This document shows positions 1 to 11,900 of a stretch of 43,825 nucleotides of DNA, in pieces. The notes beneath the pieces are model-generated. The model did not search any database. It was not told the DNA's origin and was given only the letters and a program-made list of their open reading frames with translations. The stretch comes from Chrysochromulina tobinii (lineage: Eukaryota), in contig JWZX01002079.1 of assembly GCA_001275005.1 (NCBI GenBank), positions 1 to 43,825 on the forward strand. Reading direction: 5' to 3'. Every line of letters begins with the position of its first letter. The first letter of the stretch is position 1. A program made the position numbers and the translations under genes.

Positions 1-152
1 CGCCATCACCGCCACCGTCGCCGCCACCGTCGCCGCCACCGTCGCCGCCGTCGTCCCCTCCACCTTCACCGCCGCCTTCACCACCGCCTTCTCCGCCACC
101 ATCGCCATCCCCGTCCCCACCGCCCTCGCCGCCTCCGTCTCCACCGCCGCCC
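1..152. repeat. GC-rich low-complexity repeat (Gly-rich on minus strand, SPPP on plus strand)
   Basis: Imperfect 12-bp period such as CCGTCGCCGCCA. Confidence 0.85.
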
Positions 153-2175
153 TGATTTCCGTAGTATTCCGTAGCATTCCGTAGTATTCCGTTGTATTCG
201 CCTTCTTCGTCGCCTCCGGCCTTCTCTGTCTCTTTTGCAGGCTTGTTTTTCCGCTTAGCTCTGACCCGAATTCCGTCGATGCCCACCTCTGCTATTCCGT
301 GAATGCTCTGCATAGAGATTGACAGCTCCTCGACCTGCGGTACGTTGCTGCCAGTCCAAGCCAGTCTGAGGCTGTCGGGGCACAACGGATGGTGCCACGA
401 AGACTCGAGGATCAGCCTCCCGTCCTCTCGCGCCCTCTCGAACCAGCTCTCTGAATCCCTCCCATGGACGAGTTGAAAACCTGCATTCCCAGGCTCTGTC
501 AAAAGTGTCGCGTTTCGAGCTCCCAAGTGCAAATCGGACTCGACATGAAAGTAGTAGCTGACTCCCAAGGCATTGAGCCGCAGAGTGAAGGAGCTATGCT
601 TCTGTCTGGGATGAGGATGCGACCCATCGCCCCCTGCGCCAAAGTCATCGACGATCGCTTCCTCTGGATCTATGTGCCCTGCACGCAGCTGATAAAAGAT
701 GTCGATAGATTGCACTTCGAGGGTTCTCCCGAAGAGTACCTTCACTGTGGGCGACGGGATGCGTCTCGGCAGCCACACGATCTCCTCAACACTCGTGCAT
801 CGATCTGCTGGACCGATCAGCTGGCATGGCTGGCCGAGTGCGCAGGCTAGCGTTTGAAGCCGGGGATCAGTAAAAAAAGCGTCCGTAGCCCAGACGTCGT
901 CCCACAAGAGCTGCTGATGAGTGAAGGACCTCAACTTACTCGCGAACCAACCTGTGACTGGCCCAAGGTTCGGGATAGGCACGCCCATAGTGGAAAGCAA
1001 GAGCATCGGGTCCAGAAGAGTCGAAGGGTGGAACGTATTCACCAACAGGACGAGATTCAAGGCCGTCACGAGCGCCTTGGCTGGGGAAGCACGCGCCATG
1101 ATGCCCGCACCGTCGATTCGGATTACCCCCCACTTCACGTACGAGTTTAGAGTTGCATGGCTGGAACGCGATGCTGAATCATCCCCGTGCACATCCACCT
1201 GCCCAGAGAAGACCAAGCCAAACGCTCGGAGAGTCTGCACGACATTCTCGGCAGCCATGCCGCTAGACTCCGCAAAGTTGCGCTTCGCGGATACGAGCTG
1301 CGCATAGGCGCTGCGAGACGAAGTTCATGCGTGAGCACCTGGAATCAAGGCGCGGCGTGAAGCAGGGAGATGTTTGGCAGCCCCTTCACACGCACCTGAT
1401 GAACAAGCCGAACTGTAGGACTTCGACCAGCATCCAGGTGGCCGTATCCAATAGCGGGACGAGCGTGCAAAAGCTCATCAGCAAAGCTGCAGCTGGCGGC
1501 AGGGTGCGAACCTGTCGTGAAAAACGATTGCAAAATGAGTCGACAAGGGATGCGCTGCGGCAACAGGCTTTGGGGGTGGCGGAGCTGATCGATGATGCAT
1601 ACCGCCTTGTGTAGAGCCTTTAGTTGCTTGACAGCTGCCCAGCCCGCTGCTAACTGGATGCTAATCGCCAAGGCAGACTTCAGGTACGGCATCATCGGAT
1701 CGCAGAGCTCTGCACATTTTCGACGCCACTCACGACAGCTGAACCTCTCGCCAGCAGTGTCCCGTACTGCCAAAAAGAGATTTTCGGAATCCGAAAAGAC
1801 CCCAGTATCTTTCAGTGCCTCCTCGTCGTTTGCACTGGGCTTGGGATCAGCTGGTGCGAGGGGCGACACGAGATAGCCAATGACCCCGATTGTCGAGATT
1901 GCAAATGCCGCCGCAACGGCGTACGCTTTGTAGCCTGCCTCGTGGCACAGCACTGCAACCAGGAAAGGCACTGAGATGGCTCCCAGCAGGCATAATGTTC
2001 CCCATATCCAACGCTCCACGGAGGACAAATCGCAATAGGGTGTCTCTTGACGGCTCCTGCGCGTGCGCTGCCCGCGCTCGCCTTTGTGGTCTAGCAGGGT
2101 CTGTGTTTCCGACTCTGCCGCCTGCACCTGGGCCTGAGGCGCTGGCAGATGCGTGGGAGTCGGAAGTGCTTCCAT
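1..2175 (-). CDS. Uncharacterised multi-exon membrane protein with Gly-rich (GGGD/GGGE) tail; 3'-partial. Exons 2175-1603, 1511-1396, 1310-<1
   Basis: ATG at 2175 (MEALPTP...). Two GT-AG introns (1602-1512, 1395-1311) join three frames (...KALHKA|VRTLPP...GLFIS|AYAQLV...). The last exon is stop-free from 1310 to the window edge, so the ORF track missed it. Exons 1-2 contain hydrophobic TM-like segments. Confidence 0.65.
157..200. repeat. 10-bp tandem repeat (TTCCGTAGTA)x4
   Basis: TTCCGTAGTA TTCCGTAGCA TTCCGTAGTA TTCCGTTGTA TTCG. Confidence 0.9.
1311..1395 (-). other. Spliceosomal intron (85 nt, GT-AG, phase 2)
   Basis: Minus strand reads ATCAG|GTGCGT...TCTCGCAG|CGCCTAT; removal skips an in-frame TGA and opens a >430-codon frame. 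Confidence 0.65.
1512..1602 (-). other. Spliceosomal intron (91 nt, GT-AG, phase 0)
   Basis: Minus strand reads AAGGCG|GTATGC...TTTTTCACGACAG|GTTCGC; removal joins exon 1 to exon 2 in frame. Confidence 0.65.
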
Positions 2176-2815
2176 GTTCACACGCAGCTCGACGTGCTCA
2201 CGCAGCTGGACGTGAGCAGCCTCGCGGGGGCGTAAGACGCGATGCACAAATGAGCACTGCTTGTGTGCTAGGAGGGAGGAGGATCCGGGACGGACCTGGC
2301 CTTGAGCGAATTTGTGTTGGATGTCCGCGCCCCGAAAAGACGTGATCTATTTTTAGAATTGTTATGCTTTCGCCCACGGGCTGATGAAGTTCGCAATCAT
2401 TCGTACGTACGTACGGCATCCCCCTTCGCCTCTCCACCTTCGGCCCCGACCGACCGACCGACCGACTCGGTCGGGATTTTCATGGCGGCAACTCCCTGGT
2501 TTTTTGCATTGTTGGCGTGCCTTGGCCATGCTGGCTGGTGGTGCACAGCAACTCCAACTGAACTCCCTGTGTGAAGACTAACGTAAGGACGGGAGTAAGT
2601 TAGGACTTAGCTCTTAGGTGCAGCGACCAGCGCCAGACCCCCGCCTCTCTACTTTGAGCTCTCAAAGAGAACTGTGACAAAGCCAAGTTTAACACTTGAC
2701 TCCAACTGTCCAATTAACATTTCATCAAAGCCGCAAAAGCGCAGTGCTGCGCCATTGAGAGTGAGTCCGGCCTCGGCATGACGGCAGACGGCACGCACGG
2801 CTCCGGCTTTACGCC

Positions 2816-5800
2816 TTACGCCCGTGACTCCGTCTTGACCGCGGAGCCGGAAGTGCCCGCGGCGCTCGCGTGTGGCGGCACGTTCTCGACGGCGGCGAGG
2901 GTCTCGTCAATAGGCACTTCGTCGTCGTCGTCGAGCTCGATGGCCTCTTGCTGCTGCTTGGCTCGCTTGGCTTGGCGGCGCTGCTCGGTCACGTCCACGA
3001 GCTCCTCGTCCTCGTCGCCGTCGGCGGCGCCGTCGGCAGCGCCCTCGCCGCCGCCGCCGTCGCCACCGCCGCTGCCACCGCCGCCGCTGCCATCGCCGCC
3101 GCCGCCTCTGTCGCCGCGGCCGCCCTCGGCGCCGCCACCCTCGACGAGGCGGCGGACGGCATTCTTTGTCTCAAGCAGTGCGGCGGCCACGTGGGGCACG
3201 AGCGCGCGTCGCGCCTGCACGGTGCCCTCCTCCATCTCGTCCCACAGCGGCGAGTAGGCGGTGCGCATCGCGGCACGCGCTGCCTGCACCACGTCCGCGC
3301 GGAGCGTTTGGCCGATGCCGTCCGAGAGCGCTTGCATCTTGGACACGACGCCGTCAGTGGCCGTCTGGAACATTTTTGGAGCCGCGCGCTCCACGTGAGC
3401 CTCCAGCTTGGCCACGCGCCGACGGTGCGAGCCCGTTCCCGCCTCGGCGGTGGCGTCGTCGTAGCCCGGGGTCATCTCGGTCTGCACGGCGGGCTCCATC
3501 GAGCGCGAGAGGTCGCGCTGCTGCTTCTGCGCGGCAGTTTTGATTTCGGCCACCTTTGCATGCAAAGAGGCCAGCAGGCTGTCGGTCTGGGCGCCGCTGA
3601 GCGCGGACGAGGCGCTGTCGGGCACTCTGGCCGCCGCCAGCCGCGTAAGCAGAGCGGGGTGGAAGGCGCCAAGCGACCCTTGGAGGCTTTGCCGCAGGCC
3701 GTCGAGTGTAGAGGACAGTCCCGTCAGGAAGGAGCGCTCCCACTGCGTCGCGACCGCCTTGAAGATCGGCTCGACGAGCTGCTCGTTCATGTTGATGCGG
3801 AAGACGCCGTGACGGCGCGTGGTCGCCTTGTACGTGGCCCAATGCAATCCACCCTCGTTGACCGAAATGCCCCACTTGGCCGCGGTCTCGACGGCGGCCG
3901 TCTTGGCTGACGAGGCACCTTCGTGGAGCTTGGGCGCTACGTCCTCGGCAAAGGCCTTGCGGATGCGGGCCTCGGCCGCCTTGGTGTGCTGCTCGAGTTC
4001 GCCGCTGAGAGTCGCCGCCTGCTCATCGAAGGCAGCCTTGGCTGCGTCGCGCACGCTCTGGGGCAGTCGCGCCTCGTGGTTGAGTAGCGAGAGTAGCGAG
4101 AGGGCGAAGTCGCGCATCGCCTCGCATCGGCGGAGCGAGAGTGCCTTGCGCCGCACGAGCGCCTGCCGTTGCACGTGCCGGATGAGCGGCGGCAGCTGCG
4201 TGTCCTCAAGCTCGGCCCACACACGTGCGGGCCCATCGGCCGGCCGCAGACCGCGGAGCTTTTGGTACTCCACAGACGAAACAGTAAAGACCGGGAGCGA
4301 GTGCTTTGCAGCCAACCGGTCGGCGCCCGCGACGCCCTCGCCGGCGTCGCGCGCCATCTCGCGCAGCCCTGCCTTGAAGTCGAGAGCGAGCCGGCGCGCC
4401 GTGTACGCGTTGCGGGCACGCGCGCATTCGCGTAGTGAGGTGCCCGGCGGCAGCGCTAGCGCCCGCAGCGCCTCGGCGCGCTCGATGACGTCCGATTGCG
4501 TCGCGATGAATGCGAGCGAGCCGAACTGTCCGTCCATGAGCAGCTGCCGACGGAACTGCTCGCCGAGCAGGTCCTTGGCCGTCTTGTCGTTCACCGCGCG
4601 CACGATGTTCGACACGATCCACACGGCGTCGGCCTCCTTGAAGCGCCTCTTGACGACGGCATCACGCGCGCTGTTGTCGTCATGCACTCCGGGCGCGTCC
4701 ACGAGCACTGCGCCCGTCTTGAGGCTGTCCCAGCGGCGCGAGTACAGGCGCACCTGCTTCACGATCGGCCAGTACGAGCCGCCGTGCACGTCCTTGAGCG
4801 AGTCCATGTAGCGCTCGCACTTGCGCCGGAAGGCGACGGACTCCTTCGCGCTCTCGTGCATGGTCGTCGAGAGCGCGTGCGTGATCGCGCGCACGCCGCG
4901 CAGCTTCGCCTTCAGTGACTCGAGCGTCGGGTTGTCGTAGATCACGCGCCCACCCGGCCCCGTTCGATCGGTGCGCACGCGCGAGTGCGTGAACTCGTCG
5001 CCGTAGACGGCGTACACCTTGCACCACGAGCCGTACGCCATCGAATCTTCGGCGACTGAGAGGCTGACCTTGCCTTCGTTTGGACCGTCGTTGGGCGTCA
5101 GGTCGTCGAGCAGATCGGAGAGCTCCTTGTCCCACTCCTCCTTGGTGAGGAATTCGATCTCGGCGCGGTACTCGGGCGTGCGCACCGGGTCGGAGTCCTC
5201 ATACCGCATCTCGATGAGGCAAGCCGTGCATGCACGCATGCCATTGGTGGGCAGGATCGACGCCTCGCCCAGCATCGCGTTGAGCAGCGTCGACTTGCCA
5301 GCGCCCGTGTTGCCAACCACGACAATCGAGACGCTGGGCAGCTCTTCGCTCTGCGCGCGCAGCGCGGCGAGCTCACGCAACCGGCTCGCACGGACCTCGC
5401 TCGTCGCCCAACCCTGGTGCTCGGGTTTGGTCAGCAGCTTCTCGAGCGCGCCGCCCGCCCATCGGCAGAGGCCAAGCGCGTAGGCCTCGTCGTGCAGCGC
5501 TTGGTCGCACGTCGCAGAGTCGATGGGCGCCGCGTGCAGCACGTCGGCGCTCGGGACGTCAGCCGAGCTGGAGGCGGATGATGAGCCGGTCGACGTGGCC
5601 GCAGATGAGGATGAGCCGAGGGCTGCTGACGAAGATGAGGCAGCACCAGTGGAGGAGGAGCCAGTGACGTTCGACTTCGCCTTATCGAGCAGCAGCGTGA
5701 GCTTGCGCTTTCGCCCGAAGACTGTCACTTTGAGCGCGGATGCAGCTTCATCGGAGGACATTGAGAGCAGCGCCGCGCCGTCGATCGAGCTCTCTCGGGC

Positions 5801-5899
5801 GGCGTCGGCGGCCGTGTTGACCCATTCCTCCTCAGGGAGGTGCGCGTGCAGCCAAGAGGCGACGTCGGCGGGTTTCGAAGCGGACGTCAGCGCGTCCAT
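2816..5899 (-). CDS. SAM-domain dynamin-like GTPase, SLIP-GC/NUGGC-like (1027 aa)
   Basis: N-terminal SAM-like segment (VASWL...IDGAALLSMS...FGRKRKL). G1 GNTGAGKS, G2 region LPTNGMRACT, G3 DAPG, G4-like TQSD. NUGGC-type motifs WPIVKQV, RAVNDKTAKDLLG and LPVFTVSS. Long C-terminal helical stalk and acidic tail. Confidence 0.88.
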   Translation of the reverse strand: MDALTSASKPADVASWLHAHLPEEEWVNTAADAARESSIDGAALLSMSSDEAASALKVTVFGRKRKLTLLLDKAKSNVTGSSSTGAASSSSAALGSSSSAATSTGSSSASSSADVPSADVLHAAPIDSATCDQALHDEAYALGLCRWAGGALEKLLTKPEHQGWATSEVRASRLRELAALRAQSEELPSVSIVVVGNTGAGKSTLLNAMLGEASILPTNGMRACTACLIEMRYEDSDPVRTPEYRAEIEFLTKEEWDKELSDLLDDLTPNDGPNEGKVSLSVAEDSMAYGSWCKVYAVYGDEFTHSRVRTDRTGPGGRVIYDNPTLESLKAKLRGVRAITHALSTTMHESAKESVAFRRKCERYMDSLKDVHGGSYWPIVKQVRLYSRRWDSLKTGAVLVDAPGVHDDNSARDAVVKRRFKEADAVWIVSNIVRAVNDKTAKDLLGEQFRRQLLMDGQFGSLAFIATQSDVIERAEALRALALPPGTSLRECARARNAYTARRLALDFKAGLREMARDAGEGVAGADRLAAKHSLPVFTVSSVEYQKLRGLRPADGPARVWAELEDTQLPPLIRHVQRQALVRRKALSLRRCEAMRDFALSLLSLLNHEARLPQSVRDAAKAAFDEQAATLSGELEQHTKAAEARIRKAFAEDVAPKLHEGASSAKTAAVETAAKWGISVNEGGLHWATYKATTRRHGVFRINMNEQLVEPIFKAVATQWERSFLTGLSSTLDGLRQSLQGSLGAFHPALLTRLAAARVPDSASSALSGAQTDSLLASLHAKVAEIKTAAQKQQRDLSRSMEPAVQTEMTPGYDDATAEAGTGSHRRRVAKLEAHVERAAPKMFQTATDGVVSKMQALSDGIGQTLRADVVQAARAAMRTAYSPLWDEMEEGTVQARRALVPHVAAALLETKNAVRRLVEGGGAEGGRGDRGGGGDGSGGGGSGGGDGGGGEGAADGAADGDEDEELVDVTEQRRQAKRAKQQQEAIELDDDDEVPIDETLAAVENVPPHASAAGTSGSAVKTESRA

Positions 5900-5953
5900 G
5901 GGTCAGCGCGTCCAAGTTCGCGCCTCTTCGCAAACGCGATCGCCAAGCCCGCC
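5900..5953. promoter_or_regulatory. 54-bp divergent spacer; putative bidirectional promoter or overlapping 5' UTRs
   Basis: CAT at 5897-5899 (minus gene start) and GCCATG with ATG at 5954 (plus gene start, just before the FHA domain). Confidence 0.55.
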
Positions 5954-8900
5954 ATGCAGTCGTGCTTCCTGGAGCTCTTCAATCCATCGGCCGCGAAGCC
6001 GGGCCTGCCAGCCGTCATCGTCATCCCTGCGAACGGGGAGGTCACCATCGGCCGCGAAGGCACGGCAGTCCTGGATCCTGGTTTTGGCGCTCACGCCGAG
6101 GAGTGGAAGAAGGCGTTGCTCTCCCGCCAGCATGCTCGTTTGACCAACTTCGGCACGCCTCAGATCACGGACCTGAGCCTCAACGGCTGCGAAGTGGACG
6201 GCGCCAGCTTGGCCAAGAATGTACCCACGGAGTTGCGTGAGGGTTCCACCATCATCTTCGGGACGCGGGGTCCGCCGAAGAAGCCCGAATACGTAGAAGC
6301 CCTCGCAAAGCGCAGCTGGATTCATTCGCACTGCAAGTACGTGTTCCACATAGGGCCGCCCCCGCCTTCGCACGAAGCGCCTCCTGCGGCGGCTGCGGCT
6401 GCGAGCACACCCCTGCCTAGCACGCAGGCCTCGAACAGTCAGCGTGACGCCGAGGAAGTCGCCGAGTGTGAGAGGGACCGCCAGCCCTTCGTCTCGCCAC
6501 AGACCGCGTTTGCGGGCGCCGCTGCGACGCCCTCCGTGCCGCCGGCGACCATGCCAGCAGAAGAGGCCGAGATGCACACGGAGCAGGTGATGGACGTCGA
6601 CGCAGACGATGCTGCCGCCGACGCTGCCGCCGATGCTGCCGCCGACATGGCACTCGGCGACTCTCCCGAGGCACGCGCGCTCGCGGTGGCGTGCGGTCTG
6701 CGCGTGAGCGTGGCGGCGCACGCGTCGGCGGAGGAGCTCGAGGCCGCCGTGAACGCCGTTGGGCGCGGTCTCAAGACGCTCGAAGTCGAGCTGAGCGCGG
6801 AGAAGGCGGCCGCGGCCGAGGAGCTCAGCTCACTCAACAAGGCGCTCGAGGCGGCCTCGCAGGAGGCTGCGCGGCGCGGAACCTCGACTGGCGAGGCGCG
6901 CGCGCGATGGCGGGCGACGGTCGGCGCCAGCCTGCTGCGCGGCGCGCACGAACCCGCCGTCGAGGCCTCGCTGCGCGTCGCGAGGGACGTGCAGCAAGCG
7001 GCGTGCACGCTCCTCGCAGTGCGGAGCGACACGCTTCTCGCGCTGCATCAGGCGCGGCTCGCCCAGCTGCAGAAGCGCGTTGGTGCTCTGCTGTACGCCG
7101 ATCGGCGACTCGAGGAGCGCGCGCACGATGACTACTCGGAGCGGCTGGAAAGCGGCGTGAGCGCTTTCCAGGAGACGCTCGAGAAGCCTGACGACTTCGA
7201 CTGCGACGAGTGTCGGTACGAGCGACGCAACTATGGGTACCGCGGCCGGTTCAGCGGCCGGTACTACGACGACGACGACGACGACGACGACGACTACGAC
7301 GACGACAACGACTGCGACTGCTGGATGGCGTCCAACTCGTACGCCTGTGTCGACGAGCTCATCACAACGGCAACGACGATCCTTGGCGAGATCAAGATGG
7401 CGTTCCATGATGGTGAAGATGAGGAAGATGAGGACGAGGAGGACGAGGAGGATGAGGAGGACGAGGAGGGCGAAGAGGACGAGGAGGGCGAGGGGGGCGA
7501 GGAGGGTGAGGGCGAGGAGGAGGACGAGCGCAGCGTCGCGCGCAAGCAGGCCAAGCAAGCTCGCCGCGCGACCCGGATGGCCGACCGGCCACTCCGCGCG
7601 GCCATCCGTCTCTTCATCTTCACGGCGGGGCTCGACGAGGCGATTCGGGAGGTGAGCAGCGAGCTGGAGGATTCGTCGTCGTTGCGAACAAAGAGTCGCT
7701 TCTGCGTCGTCATCAAGGCCCTCGGTGAGCTTTGGTCGGAGGTGGTGCTCGAGCTGCCACGCGAGCCGCGAGTGTACTTACGCCCATGGTTCAGTCACAT
7801 TCCTGTAGCAGGCTCCAGCGAAGGCCGCGGCGGCGGCGGCAAAGGTGCCGGCAAGGGCGGCTTCGGCAAAGGTGCCGGCAAAGGTGCCGGCAAGGGCGGC
7901 GTCGGCAAAGGTGCCGGCAAAGGTGGCGGCAAGGGCGGCGGTAAAGGCGGCGGTACGGGTGGCGTATCTGACGACGGCGGCGCATTGGGCAAGGGCGGGC
8001 GGCTTAGCGGTGGCCTACCCGAACCGCTCTCGGATGCCCTCGCGGCATGCTCGAGCGAGATCGAGGAATGCTTGCGCGTTGCTGACCATAGTGGATCAAC
8101 CTCGCAAGCGCCTGTTGGAGCGAAGTCAATCACGAAGTTGGAGGGCCTGTTCAAGGAGCAGCTCGTGCCGCAGGTGCGCCTGCCGTGGCGGCACCCCGAG
8201 TTCCGGCGCATCCTCGACGGCGTACCGGCAGACGGTGACGCGCTCAACGAGCCGCGAGCCGCGAGCAAGGCGCGGCTGCTCAAGCTCAAGCAGCTCGCCG
8301 CTGCAGCCGACGAGAGTGAACGCGAGCAGTACTTTGTGCAGATGGGCCATCTTGCCGACCATCTCGGAATGGCCCATGAGGCTGCCGAGGCGTTCTTTGC
8401 CCGTGGCGCACCGCAGAGCGCGATGATGCGTCTCGCGAGCGCCACGGGAAGTTTTGCGAGCTGGTCCAAGAAGGGCAGCAGCCCTGTGACCTTGGCGCTG
8501 CGCACTGCGGACTTTCGATCGCTCGCACCTCTCGCACCGGCGCTGCCGGAGCTGCTCGTGAAGATGACGCCCTCGGAGACGGTGCTGCAGGATGCCGTTG
8601 TGGCCGGGCTGGGCAGTGCGAGTCTCCTCGCACCAGGCGGTGTGCGCAAGACGAGCCCCGCCGAGCTTGTTCAGATCCTTGGGCTTTGCCTGCGCTCGCC
8701 CGCGCTCCAGCTCACCCCAGCCGCCGTCGAGCAGTGTCTCATGGCGATCGCTTCAAAGCCCGAGCTCTTCCCGCGCCTGACCGATGCGCTCGAGACATGG
8801 AGGATCACGGGCTCTCGTGCGGCGTCGGATGGCAAGTGGATGGCCCCGCTCGGGCCGCATCGGTGGGCTGCGATCATCCTCGCAGCCATCCGAGCGCTCG

Positions 8901-11900
8901 CCTCGAAGCTGCATACCGGCAAGCTCACGTTCGGCGCCGACGCGAACATCCTGACGAGCAGCTACACTCTCCTCGGCCTCATAGATGCCGCCACGGACGC
9001 CTCTGGCAGCTCATCCTACCGCAACCAGCTGACGAGCCTCGTCATCGACGCCAAGCTGCTGAGCGGGAAGCTCGCGTTTGGGGCCGACGTGTACTTGCTC
9101 AGCATCAAGGAGAAGTATGGCACGCTCACTCCGGACGAGCGGTTGGCCCCGTGGTTCCGGCGGCTGCTCGGCGCGGCCATCGAGGAGGCCAACCGGAATG
9201 TGCCCGCGGCACCGGCACCGTTGCCTCTGGAGCCCGCGTCGCTGCCGCCGCTCAAGGGCTACGCCATACAAGTAGAGTTGGGCACTCAGTCATCACTGGG
9301 TTCAGTCATCGCTTGCGGTTGTTCCCCTTGCAAAGCAGCCAAGGACTTTCTCCAAAGCCAAACCGAAATTCAGAAAACCTTCAACGGCGAACGCTGTGTC
9401 CACGGCGGCCACCTGCATACTGTGCTGACCGCGGCTGCCAAACGTCCCAAGGTTCCCGCTGATGCGACCTTTAGAGTGACTGTGAGCAGTAAGGCCACTC
9501 GCGTCAACGGCAAGCTCCATGTCGTCAAGGATGTGCCCGGCGCCAAGTCTGCGGCGGAGCTCCAGGCACGCGCGAGCTCGGATCGTGCGCGCGCGCTGCA
9601 GCGCGCGGAGCAAGTGCGCGCGCGCGACGTGGCCATCGCGAGTCGTGCTGTCGAGCTCACCAAGGTGGCGGCGTTGCAGGAGCTCGAGGAGCGCCTCGTG
9701 CAGCTGCTCGAGGAGCGCACGCGGCACGCGCCCCTCGACGTGGCCGGTTTCGTCAAAATCTGCAGCGCGCTGCGCACGGGCGACGACGACCTCGCCGATG
9801 CGAGCGTGCGCGAGCTCGAGGGCGGCACCGGCGCTGGTGGTGCCACCGGCGCCGGTGGTGCCGGTGGTGCCGGTGGTGGCGGCGGCGCGGAAGCGGCGGC
9901 GGCCTCGGCGGCGGCTCCGGCGAGCGGCTGCACGGCTGCCGACGCCGACATGGACGAAGCCCTGCAGGACAGCGAGTCGATCATAAGGTGGGTCGCCTCC
10001 TTTTTCGCGCCTTCGGAGCGGTCGGCCGTCGCGCAGTCTGTCCGCGAGAATGAGGTCGATGATCTCGAGGTGCTGATGAGCATGAGCCACGCAGACTGTG
10101 CGCAGGTCCTCTTCGGGAAGCGCGCCGCGGCGACGACGGCGGAGGAGGCGCGCGATCCGGAGGAGGCGCGCGAGCGCTTCGTCCCCCTCTTCTGGGAGCG
10201 CTTCGTGGCCGTGCGTCGCCTGTGGCTCGCGCTGCAGCGACGCAAGGCGGCCGCGGAGGCGGCCACGGGCGCTGGTGGTGCGCGAGCGTGGCCAGTGGTG
10301 CCGGTAGGCGTGCCCGAGGTGGTGCAGTGGCTCGAGCAGTGCGGCGAGCATGGTGCGGACAGCATGCGTGATCCGTCGCGTCGACTCAACTTTGATGAGG
10401 CGAAGATGCATGCATTGCATTTGGACGGCGCTGTACTGAGCTCCCTCGCGCACGATGAGTGGATGGCCCTCGCGCAGTCGTCGCTTCTCTCGGCCTCGGC
10501 GTCGCTGGCAGAGGAGCTGTGGACGCGACTGCAGCCGTGCGCGGCACTCTCGAAGGCGATGCCCTCGCGCGTGGTCGACGTTCTGCCTCTGTCGTCGGCC
10601 GAGCCCCTCAAAGTGGTCGTGTGCGGTGGCACGGGCGCCGGTAAGTCGACGCTCATCAACGCGCTGCTCGGGTGCACCATCCTGCCCACCAGCTGCATGC
10701 GTGCCTGCACCGCCGCGGTCATCGAGATGGCGTGGCCCGACGCGCAATGCGCCGCCACGTACGAGGCGCGCGTCGCTCTCTGCAGCGCCGAGGAGTGGCG
10801 CGAAGCACTCATCTCGGCGTGCGCAGCCGCCGTGGCGGCCGGCCGCGGCAAGTCGCCTCAGGTGGGCACGCACCGCGGTGCTGCGGACTGGAGTCGCGTG
10901 ACCTCATTCTACGGCACTGCATCAGTTGAGATCACTGCGGAGGCGCTCGTCGAGCCCGGGGCGTCCGAAGCGCTCGTCGAGACGCTCATGGGCCGCGCAG
11001 CCGCGCGCGGCCTGGGCACACAAGTCGTGCTGCGCGCAAGCGACGAAGTCGAGTTCGCGAAGCTCGTGCAGCCGTACGTGGACTCGTCTGACGAGGCCGA
11101 GAGCGGCGCCCTCTGGCCGCTCGTCCAGAGGGTGACGCTGCTGGGGCCATTCTCGCTGCTGAGTTGCGGGTTGTGTCTGTACGACGTTCCAGGCACGCAC
11201 GACGAGAACGCGGCGCGCGAGCGCGTGATGAAGAGCGTCATCGCGTCGGCGCACACGGTGCTGCTCACCTCCAACATCCGACGCGCGTGCAACGACAAGA
11301 GCGCCAAGGATCTGCTGCCGCTCGCACTGCGCCGCCTCCTCCTCGAGCGCGGCTGGGTTGGCGAGCTCGCCTTCGTCGCGTCGCAGAGCGACGTGTTCAA
11401 CCGCTCGGAGCTCATCGACAACCTGGGGCTGGCTGAGGACGCGAGCGCCCTCGACGCGGCGCTCGCGCGCAACGCGTTCACCAAGCTGGAGCTCACGAAG
11501 GACTTCACCAAGGGCGTGCATCTCGCCGCGCGAGCCGCAGCCAGCGGGGTAGGGGGATTGGGCAGCTCTGCGCACTGGCACAGGGTGCCGTTCAAGCTCC
11601 CCGTCTTCACAGTGAGCGCCGTCGAGCACAGCAAGCTCAATAAGGTGGGCTGCAGCGCAGCCGAGGACGGTGCGCAGGTCTTCACACGCCCAGAGGAGAC
11701 GGAGCTTCCGGCACTTCTATGCTTCCTTCGGTACGCCGCGCTCGCGCATCATCGGCGCGCGGCGGAGGCGGCGGAGGCGATGCGGGCGACGACTACAGAG
11801 TGTGGCGGTGTAGGGATCCCCGTGCTTGACAACGGCTTCCCTAAGGTACCTACGGTGGGCGACAAGGTCGTCGTGCTCTCGGCCTCGCGCTCATCCGCCT

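Noticed and set aside
3..155. Plus-strand SPPP frame ending in TGA at 153-155, read as the end of an extensin gene
   Set aside because: The opposite strand is contiguous with a long open exon, which is the simpler reading. An overlapping plus-strand gene is not strictly excluded.
464..1614. Several short plus-strand ORFs (128, 98, 128 and 95 aa)
   Set aside because: They lie antisense to the spliced minus-strand gene and show no recognisable motifs.
2445..2640. (CCGA)n hairpin at 2445-2475 and TAAGTTAGGACTTAGCTCTTAGGTGCAGC resembling a DNA-transposon end
   Set aside because: No matching opposite terminus, TSD or transposase found in the window.
5840..5953. ORF-track start at 5840 overlapping the minus-strand GTPase gene
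   Set aside because: GTG start in a eukaryote. GCCATG at 5954 directly precedes the FHA domain.
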